Shown here in pieces: positions 62,623 to 64,000 of a stretch of 64,000 nt of DNA (positions are counted from its first letter, which is position 1; each line of letters starts with the position of its first letter). Origin of the DNA: Thermodesulfobacteriota bacterium (lineage in GTDB: Bacteria; Desulfobacterota_D; UBA1144; Nemesobacterales; Mycalebacteriaceae). A program made the position numbers and the translations under genes. A model generated the notes under the pieces. The model searched no databases. It had not been told where the DNA came from and saw only the letters and a program-made list of their open reading frames with translations. The stretch is taken from NCBI GenBank assembly GCA_965198945.1, contig CBDAQI010000001.1:192001-256000 (forward strand). The letters run 5' to 3'.

Positions 62623-63840
62623 TCAACCATCTTGTGTCTTTGAGTTTTTTCGCTTCGTGAAGCCAAATGATTTTGCCTGTGGAAGCAAGTTGAATTTTTC
62701 CTCAAACTCTTTTTTGCTCATCATTTCAGGCCATAAAAGGTTGATTTTGATTTCTGTGAAGTCTTCAATTTTCACGGCTTTCAATTCTTCTAATTTCCTC
62801 AAATCCCTAAAGAAAGCCGATTCTGGTTTTTTCAAGCCTTTGTAGATCCCACCAACCTCTTTCCAGAATTCTTCCGTTTCCATACTCACTACAATTTTGT
62901 CGAGCAAGAAATTAAGGATCAATATTTGCCTCTTCGCAATCACCCGTTTTCTGGGACTTTCAAGTTTTCCGAACAATTCATGCATCCTTTCACGGAAAAG
63001 GGATTTGCGAAGATGGAGGGTGATTTCTTCCGCTGCCTTTTTGCAGAGAGTCTTTATTCCTCTCAGGCCGAATTTCAGGAAAGCTGTCAAGTCAGCATTG
63101 TTTTGAGCCGTCTTTCCTAAAACTTCCAGATACTCGGCGTTGTATTCATAGTAGAAGTTGGAAACAGGTATGAAAATTTCTTCCTGAAGCCCCGCCTTGC
63201 GGAGCATAAACGCTTCTCCTGCCCTTGCCATTCTGCCGTTGCCGTCTAAGAAAGGGTGAATTGCTGCAATGTGGTAATGGATTGCAAGGGATTGAATAAG
63301 CGGGTCATGCTCCCGAAATTTTCCCGAAACCGCTTGGTTGAGTTCATTAAAGACTTTTTCACACTCATTTCCTCCTTCCACCCCTCTGTGTTTAGGCAAA
63401 CCGAAAGTTACATTTTGGCCGTTTCTCCGTAATGCCCCCGGCTCGCAGTGGTCGTCATCACAACCTTTTACAATCCGCCCGTGAATCTCTTTTATCAGTT
63501 CACCGCTGAAGGGATAATCAGATGGTAATTCCGTAAGCCATCTGTAAGTCTGCTCCGCGGCTCTCGCCTGTCGCTGAGAGTGCGTCAGCCCATCTTCGGG
63601 AGGGTTTTGTCTCAGAGCCCTGTCAAGTTCTTCTTCAGTGAATTCCGCTCCTTCTATTCTTGAAGTTCCTTCTGCTTCGCGTCTTAATTGTTCCGCTTTC
63701 CACCGTTCGGTATAGTCGCGTGTGCGAGGGAGAAGTTTTAAGGTCTCAACCGCCGCTTTTGCTTCGGCAAGCGGGGTGGAAATTTCCTTGAAATCGTATT
63801 TAATCCAGTCCGCAGGCTGTCTCTATTTTATGACGCTCAT
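62623..63840 (-). pseudogene. Fic family protein (class II, with inhibitory motif) with TAG at codon 6
   Basis: MSVIK*RQPADWIKY...TSRIEG...HPFLDGNGRMAR; frame open from 63822 to 62623. Confidence 0.85.
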
Positions 63841-63851
63841 GGTGCGGTCAT

Positions 63852-63880
63852 AAAATAGTTCGTTGTCAGTTCATTGTCAA
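63852..63880 (-). promoter_or_regulatory. Putative sigma70 promoter of the Fic gene
   Basis: TTGACA (63880-63875)-17 nt-TATTTT (63857-63852). Confidence 0.5.
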
Positions 63881-63975
63881 CTCATTGGAAAAATTATTGT
63901 TGTGTTTGAGGGTTTTATATCTTGTTCAAGCTATTCCATTGTCAACTCATTGTCAGTTCATTGCAATTTCATTGT
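63862..63975 (+). repeat. Two clusters of tandem 11-bp repeats (ATTGTCARYTC)
   Basis: Units at 63862, 63873, 63938, 63949 and a degenerate one at 63960, each cluster ending in ATTG. Confidence 0.85.
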
Positions 63976-63976
63976 T

Positions 63977-63999
63977 CTACTTTCTGAACTTCCCGAAAT
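63977..63999 (+). repeat. 23-bp direct repeat, copy 2; probably the 3' end of a minus-strand gene outside the window
   Basis: CTACTTTCTGAACTTCCCGAAAT; the minus strand reads DFGKFRK-TAG. Confidence 0.8.
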
Positions 64000-64000
64000 C

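Noticed and set aside
63862..63975. CRISPR array
   Set aside because: Units are 11 bp and adjacent, with no spacers and no cas genes.

Overview
Bacterial chromosomal segment. The gene set and style suggest a deltaproteobacteria-like lineage, possibly a host-associated Ca. Dadabacteria (inference only). Layout: 1-3.9 kb, end of cobW plus cobN. 4-29.5 kb, a mostly AT-richer surface-glycan island ending at tRNA-Leu(CAG). It holds amino-sugar dehydrogenase/aminotransferase, radical SAM, five SAM methyltransferases, two GtrB-like GT2s, GtrA, several GT-C-like membrane proteins (including an ALG9/PIG-B-like GT22) and many pseudogenes. Its right end is a duplication graveyard with a decayed second tRNA-Leu plus promoter. 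29.8-61.2 kb, mostly intact housekeeping genes: groESL, argH, rsfS, nadD, ribD, ftsY, hisG, murA, prmC, yggS-proC-yggT, npdG, M42 peptidase, thi4-rplI-rpsR-rpsF, membrane PPase, pth-rplY-prs. This block is interrupted at 48.1-49.6 kb by an islet with a DUF3800 (RNase H-like) gene followed by a structured RNA. 61.3-64 kb, accessory DNA: a DEDDh-BRCT exonuclease and a Fic gene bracketed by 23-bp direct repeats, with 11-bp phased repeats over its promoter. Best candidates for an under-described system: the DUF3800+ncRNA module, the tRNA-duplication-linked GT-C array, and the repeat-bounded Fic cassette. Family assignments come from motif recognition; no searches were run.
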